Part shown: positions 1 to 10,565 of the stretch, piece by piece
Layout of the letters: the number at the start of each line of letters is the position of its first letter
Numbering within the stretch: position 1 is the stretch's first letter
Sequence record: MN022785.1
Reading direction: 5' to 3' (one strand)
DNA length: 64,000 bases
Source: Escherichia phage VEc20
Program-made: the position numbers and the translations under genes
Notes under the pieces: generated by a model
What the model saw: the letters and a program-made list of their open reading frames with translations, nothing else
What the model was told of the DNA's origin: nothing
Database searches by the model: none

Positions 1-954
1 GGATTATCATCAAATGCTGAAGTAACAGCAGGAGATTTGATGGAAGCTTGGGACTTCTTTGCTGACCGTGAATCTGTTGACGTTCAACTGTTTATTGCGG
101 GTTCTTGTGCTGGTGAATCTTTAGAAACAGCATCTACTGTCCAAAAACACGTCGTTTCAATTGGTGATGCTCGTCAAGATTGCTTAGTATTGTGCTCACC
201 ACCGCGTGAAACTGTAGTTGGAATTCCTGTAACCCGTGCTGTTGATAACTTAGTCAATTGGAGAACTGCAGCAGGTTCATACACTGATAATAACTTTAAT
301 ATCAGTTCAACCTACGCAGCAATTGATGGTAACTACAAATATCAGTATGACAAATATAATGATGTGAATCGTTGGGTCCCATTAGCAGCTGATATTGCTG
401 GATTGTGTGCAAGAACTGATAACGTATCTCAGACTTGGATGTCTCCAGCTGGTTATAATCGTGGCCAGATTCTTAACGTTATTAAACTTGCTATTGAAAC
501 TCGCCAGGCTCAGCGCGACCGTTTATACCAAGAAGCTATCAACCCAGTAACTGGTACAGGTGGTGATGGTTACGTATTGTATGGTGATAAAACAGCTACT
601 TCTGTTCCTTCTCCATTTGATCGTATTAACGTTCGTCGTCTGTTTAATATGTTGAAAACGAATATCGGACGTAGTTCAAAATATCGTTTGTTCGAATTAA
701 ACAACGCGTTTACTCGTTCATCATTCCGCACAGAAACTGCCCAATACTTACAGGGAATTAAAGCTCTCGGTGGAATTTATGAATATCGTGTAGTTTGCGA
801 TACAACAAATAACACTCCGTCAGTAATTGATAGAAATGAGTTTGTTGCAACATTCTACATCCAACCGGCTCGTAGTATAAATTATATCCAACTTAATTTC
901 GTCGCAACTGCTACTGGTGCAGATTTTGATGAGTTAACTGGTCTTGCAGGTTAA
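1..954 (+). CDS. 18: tail sheath protein, C-terminal part (5' end outside window)
   Basis: Frame 1 open from base 1 to TAA at 952-954; sits directly upstream of tail tube gene as in T4; assignment by synteny and memory. Confidence 0.8.
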   Translation, partial: GLSSNAEVTAGDLMEAWDFFADRESVDVQLFIAGSCAGESLETASTVQKHVVSIGDARQDCLVLCSPPRETVVGIPVTRAVDNLVNWRTAAGSYTDNNFNISSTYAAIDGNYKYQYDKYNDVNRWVPLAADIAGLCARTDNVSQTWMSPAGYNRGQILNVIKLAIETRQAQRDRLYQEAINPVTGTGGDGYVLYGDKTATSVPSPFDRINVRRLFNMLKTNIGRSSKYRLFELNNAFTRSSFRTETAQYLQGIKALGGIYEYRVVCDTTNNTPSVIDRNEFVATFYIQPARSINYIQLNFVATATGADFDELTGLAG

Positions 955-1599
955 TTGATTATGGGGCTTCGGCCCCTATTCTCGAGGAAACAAGTGATTA
1001 TTTCTAAGTTTGTTACAATAAAACCAAGAAATCATTCAAAAATGTGGTCGACAATTCTGGGATATAAAGTATCATATCATGATACAGTATCTGTTCCAAT
1101 AGAATTAATGCCAAAGAATAGTAATAAAATAGTTGACGCTAAATGTGATTTGTGTGGTATTAAATTTAGTAGAAGCATTCAGCTTTTAAATAGAACACCC
1201 ACACATGCATGTAGAAAATGTAGCATTAAACAAGTTGCTATTAAAAATTCGGAAGTTCAATCTGGAATAAGTAGACCATGGCAAAGAGGTGATAAACATC
1301 CTCGATGGACTGGTAAAAGAAAAGAGTTTGCATTATATGCTAGTAGAGTTCATTCTATAACTAAGTCAGCTAAAATAAGAAAAATTTGGTCAAAATGGCC
1401 GAATGCTGATAAAATAGGAGTGTGTGGCGTAGAAGGTGCTTACCAACTCGATCATAAAGTATCTATCAAATATGGATTTGATAATTTAATTCCGCCGGAA
1501 ATTATAGCAAGCGTAAAAAATTTAGAAATAATCACTTGGGAATCTAACCGAGAAAAGTCAAAAAGAAATAGCGTAGATCTTTGGGATTTACTAGAATGA
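955..1599 (+). CDS. HNH-family endonuclease-like protein with Cys-rich zinc-ribbon; true start uncertain (track start is TTG; ATG candidates at 961 and 1042)
   Basis: CDLCG...CRKCS zinc-ribbon-like motif and C-terminal DHKVSIKYGFDN...N...N HNH-like motif; AT-rich codon usage unlike flanking late genes. Confidence 0.5.
   Translation: MIMGLRPLFSRKQVIISKFVTIKPRNHSKMWSTILGYKVSYHDTVSVPIELMPKNSNKIVDAKCDLCGIKFSRSIQLLNRTPTHACRKCSIKQVAIKNSEVQSGISRPWQRGDKHPRWTGKRKEFALYASRVHSITKSAKIRKIWSKWPNADKIGVCGVEGAYQLDHKVSIKYGFDNLIPPEIIASVKNLEIITWESNREKSKRNSVDLWDLLE
963..976 (+). terminator. GC-rich tetraloop hairpin GGGGC-TTCG-GCCCC immediately after gene 18 stop
   Basis: perfect 5-bp GC stem with UUCG loop seen in sequence. 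Confidence 0.4.
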
Positions 1600-1684
1600 T
1601 TCTAAAGGCCTGTTTCGGCAGGCCATATAAATACACTATATCCTTAATTCTTTAATTCTATATGCCCTAGGTTAAACATAGGGA

Positions 1685-1692
1685 TATAAATA
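1685..1692 (+). promoter_or_regulatory. late promoter motif TATAAATA upstream of gene 19 (second copy near 1626-1633)
   Basis: exact TATAAATA about 15 nt upstream of ATG 1707. Confidence 0.55.
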
Positions 1693-1706
1693 CTACAGAG
1701 GCTAAT

Positions 1707-2198
1707 ATGTTTGTAGATGATGTAACACGAGCGTTTGAATCTGGTGATTTTGCTCGACCTAACTTATTCCAAGTAGAAATTTCTTATCTTGGACAAAATT
1801 TTACATTCCAATGTAAAGCCACTGCTTTACCAGCTGGTATTGTAGAAAAAATTCCAGTCGGATTTATGAACCGTAAAATTAACGTAGCAGGCGATCGTAC
1901 ATTCGATGACTGGACTGTTACAGTAATGAACGATGAAGCTCATGATGCTCGCCAGAAGTTTGTTGATTGGCAAAGCATTGCTGCTGGTCAAGGAAACGAA
2001 ATTACTGGTGGAAAACCTGCAGAGTATAAAAAGAGCGCTATTGTTCGTCAATATGCTCGTGATGCTAAAACAGTAACAAAAGAAATTGAAATTAAAGGTC
2101 TGTGGCCTACTAACGTGGGTGAACTTCAATTAGATTGGGATTCAAACAATGAAATCCAAACCTTTGAAGTAACTCTTGCTCTCGATTATTGGGAATAA
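1707..2198 (+). CDS. 19: tail tube protein
   Basis: 163 aa, length and position match T4 gp19; ATG start after late promoter. Confidence 0.85.
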   Translation: MFVDDVTRAFESGDFARPNLFQVEISYLGQNFTFQCKATALPAGIVEKIPVGFMNRKINVAGDRTFDDWTVTVMNDEAHDARQKFVDWQSIAAGQGNEITGGKPAEYKKSAIVRQYARDAKTVTKEIEIKGLWPTNVGELQLDWDSNNEIQTFEVTLALDYWE

Positions 2199-2230
2199 AA
2201 TGAATGGGGAGAAATCCCCATCCTGCTTAA

Positions 2231-3855
<1,625 letters not shown>

Positions 3856-3856
<1 letters not shown>

Positions 3857-4095
3857 TGGAAGGTTTAATTGAAGCTATTAAATCAAACGACCTCGTAGCC
3901 GCTCGTAAATTATTTGCTGAAGCCATGGCTGCAAGAACGACTGATTTAATTAAAGAAGAAAAAATCGCTATCGCTCGTAATTTCTTAATCGAAGGTGAAG
4001 AACCTGATGACGAGGATGATGACGAAGACGAAGATAGTGATGATAAAGACGACAAAAAAGACAAAGACTCTGACGAAGACGAGGATGATGAATAA
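3856..4095 (+). CDS. 67: prohead core protein with polyacidic C-terminus
   Basis: 79 aa, D/E-rich tail; ATG overlaps gene 20 stop (TAATG). Confidence 0.75.
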
Positions 4096-4520
4096 TGCTT
4101 CTGATCCCTGAAACTCATGAATTAGTTCTCGAGAATGTCGAAGCACTTATTCCTGAAGCACAGGGTCGCTTTGACGAATTGTCTTCTGCTTTAAATAAAG
4201 ACGATATAAATACAATTGTCGAGAATATGCTTGATGATGAAACTGATTTAGCGGTTGCATTAGCTTCTATTAATGAAAATATGCCGTTAAATGAATTTAT
4301 CGTTAAACATGTTTCCGCCCGTGGTGAAATTACTCGCACTAAAGACCGCAAAACGCGTGAACGTAATGCATTTCAAACCACTGGGCTGTCTAAAGCAAAA
4401 CGTAGACAAATTGCTCGTAAAGCTACCAAAACGAAGATTGCCAATCCAGCAGGTCAATCTCGTGCTCAGCGTAAGCGTAAAAAAGCTCTTAAACGCCGTA
4501 AAGCATTAGGATTAAGCTAA
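4095..4520 (+). CDS. 68: prohead core protein
   Basis: 141 aa, basic C-terminus; start overlaps gp67 stop; synteny. Confidence 0.7.
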
Positions 4521-5158
4521 TGAATGAACCCCAATTACTAATTGAAACTTGGGGTCAACCTGGCGAAATTATTGATGGCGTACCAATGCTTGAATCTCAC
4601 GATGGAAAAGACTTAGGTTTAAAACCGGGTTTATACATCGAAGGAATATTCATGCAAGCGGAAGTCGTCAATAGAAATAAACGTCTTTATCCAAAACGTA
4701 TATTAGAAAAAGCGGTAAAAGACTATATTAATGAGCAAGTTTTAACTAAACAAGCTCTCGGAGAATTAAATCATCCTCCACGCGCTAATGTTGACCCGAT
4801 GCAAGCCGCTATCATTATAGAAGATATGTGGTGGAAAGGAAATGACGTATACGGACGAGCTCGTGTTATTGAAGGTGACCATGGTCCTGGAGATAAATTA
4901 GCAGCTAATATTCGTGCCGGATGGATTCCAGGAGTTTCTTCTCGTGGATTAGGTTCATTGACTGACACGAATAAAGGTTATCGTATCGTAAACGAAGGAT
5001 TCAAATTAACTGTAGGTGTTGATGCAGTATGGGGTCCAAGTGCTCCAGATGCATGGGTAACTCCTAAGGAAATTACCGAATCACAGACGGCGGAAGCCGA
5101 TACAAGTGCCGATGACGCCTATATGGCTCTCGCAGAGGCCATGAAAAAAGCGTTATAA
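4520..5158 (+). CDS. 21: prohead core protease
   Basis: 212 aa; position between 68 and 22; resembles T4 gp21 from memory. Confidence 0.85.
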   Translation: MNEPQLLIETWGQPGEIIDGVPMLESHDGKDLGLKPGLYIEGIFMQAEVVNRNKRLYPKRILEKAVKDYINEQVLTKQALGELNHPPRANVDPMQAAIIIEDMWWKGNDVYGRARVIEGDHGPGDKLAANIRAGWIPGVSSRGLGSLTDTNKGYRIVNEGFKLTVGVDAVWGPSAPDAWVTPKEITESQTAEADTSADDAYMALAEAMKKAL

Positions 5159-5161
5159 ATA
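5154..5161 (+). promoter_or_regulatory. late promoter motif TATAAATA upstream of gene 22
   Basis: exact TATAAATA overlapping gene 21 stop, about 28 nt upstream of ATG 5189. Confidence 0.5.
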
Positions 5162-5188
5162 TTATTATCTAAACAACAGGACTACAAA

Positions 5189-5998
5189 ATGCTTAAAGAA
5201 CAACTGATTGCCGAAGCGCAGAAAATTGATGCTTCCGTTGCTCTTGATAGTATTTTCGAATCAGTTAATATTTCTCCGGAAGCAAAAGAAACTTTCGGCA
5301 CTGTATTCGAAGCTACCGTCAAGCAGCACGCCGTTAAATTAGCTGAATCTCATATCGCTAAAATTGCTGAAAAAGCAGAAGAAGAAGTAGAAAAAAATAA
5401 AGAAGAAGCAGAAGAAAAAGCTGAGAAGAAAATCGCTGAGCAAGCTTCTAAATTCCTTGACCATCTTGCAAAAGAATGGCTCACTGAAAATAAATTAGCA
5501 GTTGATAAAGGCATCAAAGCCGAACTGTTTGAATCCATGCTTGGTGGATTAAAAGAGCTCTTTGTTGAACACAACGTTGTTGTTCCAGAAGAATCAGTTG
5601 ATGTTGTAGCTGAAATGGAAGAAGAGCTGCAAGAACATAAAGAAGAATCAGCTCGTCTGTTCGAAGAACTCAATAAGCGTGACGCATATATCAATTATGT
5701 GCAGCGTGAAGTGGCATTGAGCGAAAGTACTAAAGATCTGACTGAGTCTCAAAAAGAAAAAGTCTCTGCTCTGGTCGAAGGTATGGATTATTCAGATGCA
5801 TTCTCAAGTAAATTGAGTGCAATCGTAGAAATGGTGAAGAAATCTAATAAAGATGAAAGCACTATTACTGAGAGTATAAATACTCCTGATACTGAAGCAG
5901 CCGGACTGAATTTCGTCACTGAAGCTGTAGAAGATAAAGCTGCACCTGGTGCAGAAGATATTGTAAGTGTATATGCGAAAGTCGCATCTCGTTTCTAA
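5189..5998 (+). CDS. 22: prohead core scaffold protein
   Basis: 269 aa, highly charged E/K-rich helical protein; synteny. Confidence 0.85.
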   Translation: MLKEQLIAEAQKIDASVALDSIFESVNISPEAKETFGTVFEATVKQHAVKLAESHIAKIAEKAEEEVEKNKEEAEEKAEKKIAEQASKFLDHLAKEWLTENKLAVDKGIKAELFESMLGGLKELFVEHNVVVPEESVDVVAEMEEELQEHKEESARLFEELNKRDAYINYVQREVALSESTKDLTESQKEKVSALVEGMDYSDAFSSKLSAIVEMVKKSNKDESTITESINTPDTEAAGLNFVTEAVEDKAAPGAEDIVSVYAKVASRF

Positions 5999-6016
5999 TT
6001 TTAAAGGTTAACACAA

Positions 6017-7582
6017 ATGACTATCAAAACTAAAGCTGAACTTTTGAACAAATGGAAGCCATTACTGGAAGGTGAAGGTTTACCGGAAATTGCTAATAGC
6101 AAACAAGCGATTATCGCTAAAATCTTTGAAAACCAGGAAAAAGATTTCCAGACAGCTCCGGAATATAAAGACGAAAAAATTGCTCAGGCATTTGGTTCTT
6201 TCTTAACAGAAGCTGAAATCGGTGGTGACCACGGTTACAATGCTACCAACATCGCTGCAGGTCAGACTTCTGGCGCAGTAACTCAGATTGGCCCAGCTGT
6301 TATGGGTATGGTACGTCGTGCTATTCCTAACCTGATTGCTTTCGATATTTGTGGTGTTCAGCCGATGAACAGCCCAACCGGTCAGGTATTCGCACTCCGC
6401 GCGGTATATGGTAAAGACCCAATCGCTGCCGATGCTAAAGAAGCATTCCACCCAATGTATGGTCCAGATGCAATGTTCTCTGGTCAGGGTGCTGCTAAGA
6501 AATTCCCAGCTCTGGCTGCTAGCACACAAACCACAGTAGGTGATATCTATACTCACTTCTTCCAGGACACTGGTACTGTGTATCTGCAAGCTTCTGCTCA
6601 AGTAACAATCGATGCTGGTGCGACTGATGCTGCTAAATTAGATGCTGAAATTAAGAAACAAATGGAAGCTGGTGCACTGGTAGAAATCGCTGAAGGTATG
6701 GCTACTTCTATCGCTGAACTTCAGGAAGGTTTCAATGGTTCTACCGATAACCCATGGAATGAAATGGGCTTCCGTATCGATAAGCAAGTTATCGAAGCTA
6801 AATCTCGTCAGCTGAAAGCTGCTTACTCTATTGAATTAGCACAAGACCTCCGCGCTGTTCACGGTATGGATGCTGATGCTGAACTGTCTGGTATTCTGGC
6901 TACCGAAATCATGCTGGAAATCAACCGTGAAGTTGTTGATTGGATTAACTACTCCGCACAGGTTGGTAAATCTGGTATGACCCTGACTCCGGGTTCTAAA
7001 GCTGGTGTATTTGACTTCCAGGACCCAATCGATATTCGTGGTGCTCGCTGGGCAGGTGAATCCTTTAAAGCTCTGTTGTTCCAGATTGACAAAGAAGCAG
7101 TTGAAATTGCTCGTCAAACCGGTCGCGGCGAAGGTAACTTCATTATCGCTTCTCGTAACGTAGTTAACGTACTGGCTTCTGTTGATACTGGCATTTCTTA
7201 TGCTGCTCAAGGTTTGGCAACCGGTTTTAATACTGATACTACTAAGTCAGTATTTGCAGGTGTTCTGGGTGGTAAATACCGTGTATATATCGACCAGTAT
7301 GCTAAACAGGATTATTTCACTGTAGGTTATAAAGGTCCGAACGAAATGGATGCTGGTATTTACTATGCTCCATATGTAGCTCTGACTCCGCTGCGTGGTT
7401 CCGATCCGAAGAACTTCCAACCGGTAATGGGATTCAAAACTCGTTACGGTATCGGTATCAACCCATTTGCAGAATCCGCTGTTCAGGCTCCGGCTTCTCG
7501 CATCCAGAGCGGTATGCCTTCTATTCTGAATAGCCTTGGTAAAAACGCTTACTTCCGCCGTGTATATGTTAAAGGTATCTAA
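6017..7582 (+). CDS. 23: major capsid protein
   Basis: 521 aa; N-terminus MTIKTKAELLNKWKPLLEGEG matches T4 gp23 from memory. Confidence 0.95.
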   Translation: MTIKTKAELLNKWKPLLEGEGLPEIANSKQAIIAKIFENQEKDFQTAPEYKDEKIAQAFGSFLTEAEIGGDHGYNATNIAAGQTSGAVTQIGPAVMGMVRRAIPNLIAFDICGVQPMNSPTGQVFALRAVYGKDPIAADAKEAFHPMYGPDAMFSGQGAAKKFPALAASTQTTVGDIYTHFFQDTGTVYLQASAQVTIDAGATDAAKLDAEIKKQMEAGALVEIAEGMATSIAELQEGFNGSTDNPWNEMGFRIDKQVIEAKSRQLKAAYSIELAQDLRAVHGMDADAELSGILATEIMLEINREVVDWINYSAQVGKSGMTLTPGSKAGVFDFQDPIDIRGARWAGESFKALLFQIDKEAVEIARQTGRGEGNFIIASRNVVNVLASVDTGISYAAQGLATGFNTDTTKSVFAGVLGGKYRVYIDQYAKQDYFTVGYKGPNEMDAGIYYAPYVALTPLRGSDPKNFQPVMGFKTRYGIGINPFAESAVQAPASRIQSGMPSILNSLGKNAYFRRVYVKGI

Positions 7583-7597
7583 TCTTTGACGATTTAA

Positions 7598-7613
7598 GGG
7601 ACCTTCGGGTCCC
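7598..7613 (+). terminator. hairpin GGGACC-TTCG-GGTCCC followed by T-run, downstream of gene 23
   Basis: perfect 6-bp stem, UUCG loop, T-rich tail. Confidence 0.55.
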
Positions 7614-7630
7614 TTTAGTTGTTTTTATGG

Positions 7631-7638
7631 TATAAATA
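7631..7638 (+). promoter_or_regulatory. late promoter motif TATAAATA upstream of gene 24
   Basis: exact TATAAATA about 28 nt upstream of ATG 7666. Confidence 0.55.
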
Positions 7639-7665
7639 AATCATATAAACCAAAAGGAAAGCGCA

Positions 7666-8949
7666 ATGGCTAAAATCAACGAACTTCTGCGCGAATCAAC
7701 CACAACGAATAGCAACTCAATCGGTCGCCCAAATCTCGTTGCTTTGACTCGCGCTACCACTAAATTAATATATTCTGACATTGTAGCAACGCAAAGAACT
7801 AATCAACCTGTTGCTGCTTTTTATGGTATCAAATACCTTAACCCAGACAATGAATTTACATTTAAAACTGGTGCTACTTACGCTGGCGAAGCTGGATATG
7901 TAGACCGAGAACAAATCACAGAATTAACAGAAGAGTCTAAATTAACTCTCAATAAAGGCGATTTATTCAAATATAATAATATCGTTTATAAAGTATTAGA
8001 AGATACTCCATTTGCTGATATTGAAGAAAGCGACTTAGAGTTAGCTCTTCAGATTGCAATTGTTCTTTTAAAGGTTCGTCTATTTTCTGACGCAGCGTCA
8101 ACAAGCAAATTTGAAAGCTCTGATAGTGAAATTGCGGATGCTAGATTCCAGATTAATAAATGGCAAACCGCAGTTAAATCTCGTAAACTTAAAACTGGCA
8201 TCACAGTTGAATTAGCGCAAGATTTAGAAGCAAATGGATTCGATGCTCCTAATTTCTTGGAAGATTTGCTTGCAACTGAAATGGCGGATGAAATAAATAA
8301 AGATATTTTACAGTCTTTGATTACAGTGTCAAAACGCTATAAAGTTACAGGAATTACTGATAATGGATTCATCGATTTGAGTTATGCATCTGCACCTGAA
8401 GCTGGTCGTTCATTATATCGAATGGTATGTGAAATGGTTTCACATATCCAAAAAGAATCAACTTATACAGCAACATTTTGTGTAGCTTCAGCTCGTGCTG
8501 CTGCGATTCTTGCTGCATCAGGTTGGTTAAAACATAAACCGGAAGATGATAAATATCTTTCACAAAATGCCTACGGGTTCTTAGCTAATGGTTTACCGCT
8601 TTATTGCGATACTAACAGCCCATTAGATTATGTAATCGTTGGTGTAGTAGAAAATATCGGTGAAAAAGAAATTGTTGGTTCAATTTTCTATGCTCCGTAT
8701 ACAGAAGGTCTTGACTTAGATGACCCTGAACATGTAGGTGCATTTAAAGTTGTTGTTGATCCAGAAAGCTTACAACCGTCTATCGGTTTATTAGTTAGAT
8801 ATGCTTTATCAGCAAATCCTTATACCGTAGCAAAAGATGAAAAAGAAGCAAGAATAATTGATGGTGGAGACATGGATAAAATGGCGGGTCGTTCAGATTT
8901 GTCTGTTTTATTAGGTGTTAAATTACCAAAAATTATTATTGATGAATAA
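7666..8949 (+). CDS. 24: capsid vertex protein (gp23 paralog)
   Basis: 427 aa; synteny; resembles T4 gp24. Confidence 0.9.
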   Translation: MAKINELLRESTTTNSNSIGRPNLVALTRATTKLIYSDIVATQRTNQPVAAFYGIKYLNPDNEFTFKTGATYAGEAGYVDREQITELTEESKLTLNKGDLFKYNNIVYKVLEDTPFADIEESDLELALQIAIVLLKVRLFSDAASTSKFESSDSEIADARFQINKWQTAVKSRKLKTGITVELAQDLEANGFDAPNFLEDLLATEMADEINKDILQSLITVSKRYKVTGITDNGFIDLSYASAPEAGRSLYRMVCEMVSHIQKESTYTATFCVASARAAAILAASGWLKHKPEDDKYLSQNAYGFLANGLPLYCDTNSPLDYVIVGVVENIGEKEIVGSIFYAPYTEGLDLDDPEHVGAFKVVVDPESLQPSIGLLVRYALSANPYTVAKDEKEARIIDGGDMDKMAGRSDLSVLLGVKLPKIIIDE

Positions 8950-8954
8950 AACAA

Positions 8955-8972
8955 AGGGACCGAAAGGTCCCT
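8955..8972. terminator. bidirectional hairpin between convergent genes 24 and rnlB
   Basis: AGGGACC-GAAA-GGTCCCT with flanking T-run. Confidence 0.5.
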
Positions 8973-8978
8973 TTTTAT

Positions 8979-9986
8979 TTAGCTCACCAACTCAATCCAA
9001 GCTGGACGAAGTACATCTTGTACCATTTTAACTAATTCCTTTTTAATCAAAGAAGGATTATCTGCTTGAGTTAGAGTAATACCTTCACGAGAAGTTTCTT
9101 CCAAAATATCTTGAACAGTTAGCCCCATCACCTTTCCAAAATCCTTTGGACCAATTTCGCCAATTTTAGAAATAACGTTATTTACGCGGTTTAGTGTAAC
9201 GTAACAAGCTAAAATTCCAACCAATTTGTTATCAGCTTCTGATAGTTCAACTTTAGCTTTAATAGGCTTATCAGACTTTTTCTTTTCACTAAATTTAGAG
9301 TTCTTGCATTTAATCGCTACACGAGCACCGTTTGGCAGCCATTTAGGGAAACAAGGCTTCAGAACATAACCTTCTGCAGTATTATCACCAATAACATTAG
9401 CATCAAATACACAATTATTTGCTTCGACAAGGTCTTCCGATGCCGTAACGTTATAAGCGGCTAAGACGGAATCAAGGTCGTTTGGAATCATGATAAGAGC
9501 ATCAAATGTTCCACGTCCAAGCATTGGTGCCATTTTAAAACCAAACGTATTACAGAAATCTTGCATTTCGTAATCACTCATGTAATAAGTATCACCGCTT
9601 TCCGTGTTTATGATGATATCGAATACATAGAAATCTTTTTCACCGTAGTCAACACCTTTCTGAATTCCACCACCAGCGAATTCACCAAAGACTTGATATG
9701 TCACCGGCATTGAAGTTGAAATACTGTCCATGACTTCTTGAACGCCTTTAATAGCTTTATCATACTTTTTGAGTACTATTTCATAGCCATAAAAATCTTC
9801 TGCTGGAAGAATAGGGCCAGTACGTTTAGCGCAAGTTACTTTATCACGCTCAATAATCAATGAGAAATTTGTACCATGAATCTTTTCACGAGCTACCCAC
9901 TCCCCACCAGTCAATCCCAAGCTATAAAGTTTTTCAATGAATTTAGAATTGTAATGATTTTCAAGACTGCTATATTTTTTAAACAT
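8979..9986 (-). CDS. rnlB: RNA ligase 2
   Basis: 335 aa; nucleotidyltransferase motif I KIHGTN; matches T4 Rnl2 from memory. Confidence 0.9.
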   Translation of the reverse strand: MFKKYSSLENHYNSKFIEKLYSLGLTGGEWVAREKIHGTNFSLIIERDKVTCAKRTGPILPAEDFYGYEIVLKKYDKAIKGVQEVMDSISTSMPVTYQVFGEFAGGGIQKGVDYGEKDFYVFDIIINTESGDTYYMSDYEMQDFCNTFGFKMAPMLGRGTFDALIMIPNDLDSVLAAYNVTASEDLVEANNCVFDANVIGDNTAEGYVLKPCFPKWLPNGARVAIKCKNSKFSEKKKSDKPIKAKVELSEADNKLVGILACYVTLNRVNNVISKIGEIGPKDFGKVMGLTVQDILEETSREGITLTQADNPSLIKKELVKMVQDVLRPAWIELVS

Positions 9987-9995
9987 AATTAATCC

Positions 9996-10274
9996 TCAAA
10001 ATGTAATTTCTAACCAATCACCATCACGCTGATCACTATTGACTTTAAAGCTGAATCCTTCTTTTCTCAGCCAATCACCAATTTCTTCAGTAATCAATTT
10101 ATCACGAGCAATACAATAATAATTAAAATGTGTTTTACCTTGTTCAGCTGCTTTATTAGCAAGTTCCGAAAAATCTTTAATAAAACATTCTAGCTTAAAC
10201 TGTTTACTTTTGAATGCTTTTTCGCGTAATTGATTAGCAAAAGATTCATTTTCATAAAGATCATACTGTTCCAT
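9996..10274 (-). CDS. hypothetical small protein (24.2-like position)
   Basis: 92-aa ORF, same strand, tight packing. Confidence 0.5.
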   Translation of the reverse strand: MEQYDLYENESFANQLREKAFKSKQFKLECFIKDFSELANKAAEQGKTHFNYYCIARDKLITEEIGDWLRKEGFSFKVNSDQRDGDWLEITF

Positions 10275-10476
10275 TTTTCACCTTTTTATTGATATGTCTT
10301 TTTCTATAGACAACTTTTTCTCGAGTTTCAAATTTATTCTTAGCAGTCATAGCTCGAGCCCATAATACAGCCACTTCTTTTGCCTGTAAGTTTAATTCAC
10401 GAGCAATTTCAATGAATGACTTTCCAGACTCATGAAGAGTAAACACCACAACCTCAGTTCTCATAATCAATCTCAT
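10261..10476 (-). CDS. small putative helix-turn-helix DNA-binding protein (24.3-like position)
   Basis: 71 aa; segment SGKSFIEIARELNLQAKEVAVLW resembles a sigma-region-4/LuxR-type HTH. Confidence 0.45.
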   Translation of the reverse strand: MRLIMRTEVVVFTLHESGKSFIEIARELNLQAKEVAVLWARAMTAKNKFETREKVVYRKRHINKKVKNGTV

Positions 10477-10546
10477 GTTATCGAGTTGGTGCCATTATAT
10501 ACATCATTTTCTGATTGTGTTTTGTGTGCTTTCAAAATGAAGAAAG

Positions 10547-10559
10547 GGGCCGAAGCCCC
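10547..10559 (-). terminator. GC hairpin GGGGC-CGAA-GCCCC downstream of hoc
   Basis: seen in sequence. Confidence 0.4.
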
Positions 10560-10565
10560 TTATGA

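Noticed and set aside
5350-5694. 114-aa minus-strand ORF inside gene 22
   Set aside because: Antisense to the E/K-rich scaffold gene; low complexity and fully embedded in a confidently called gene.
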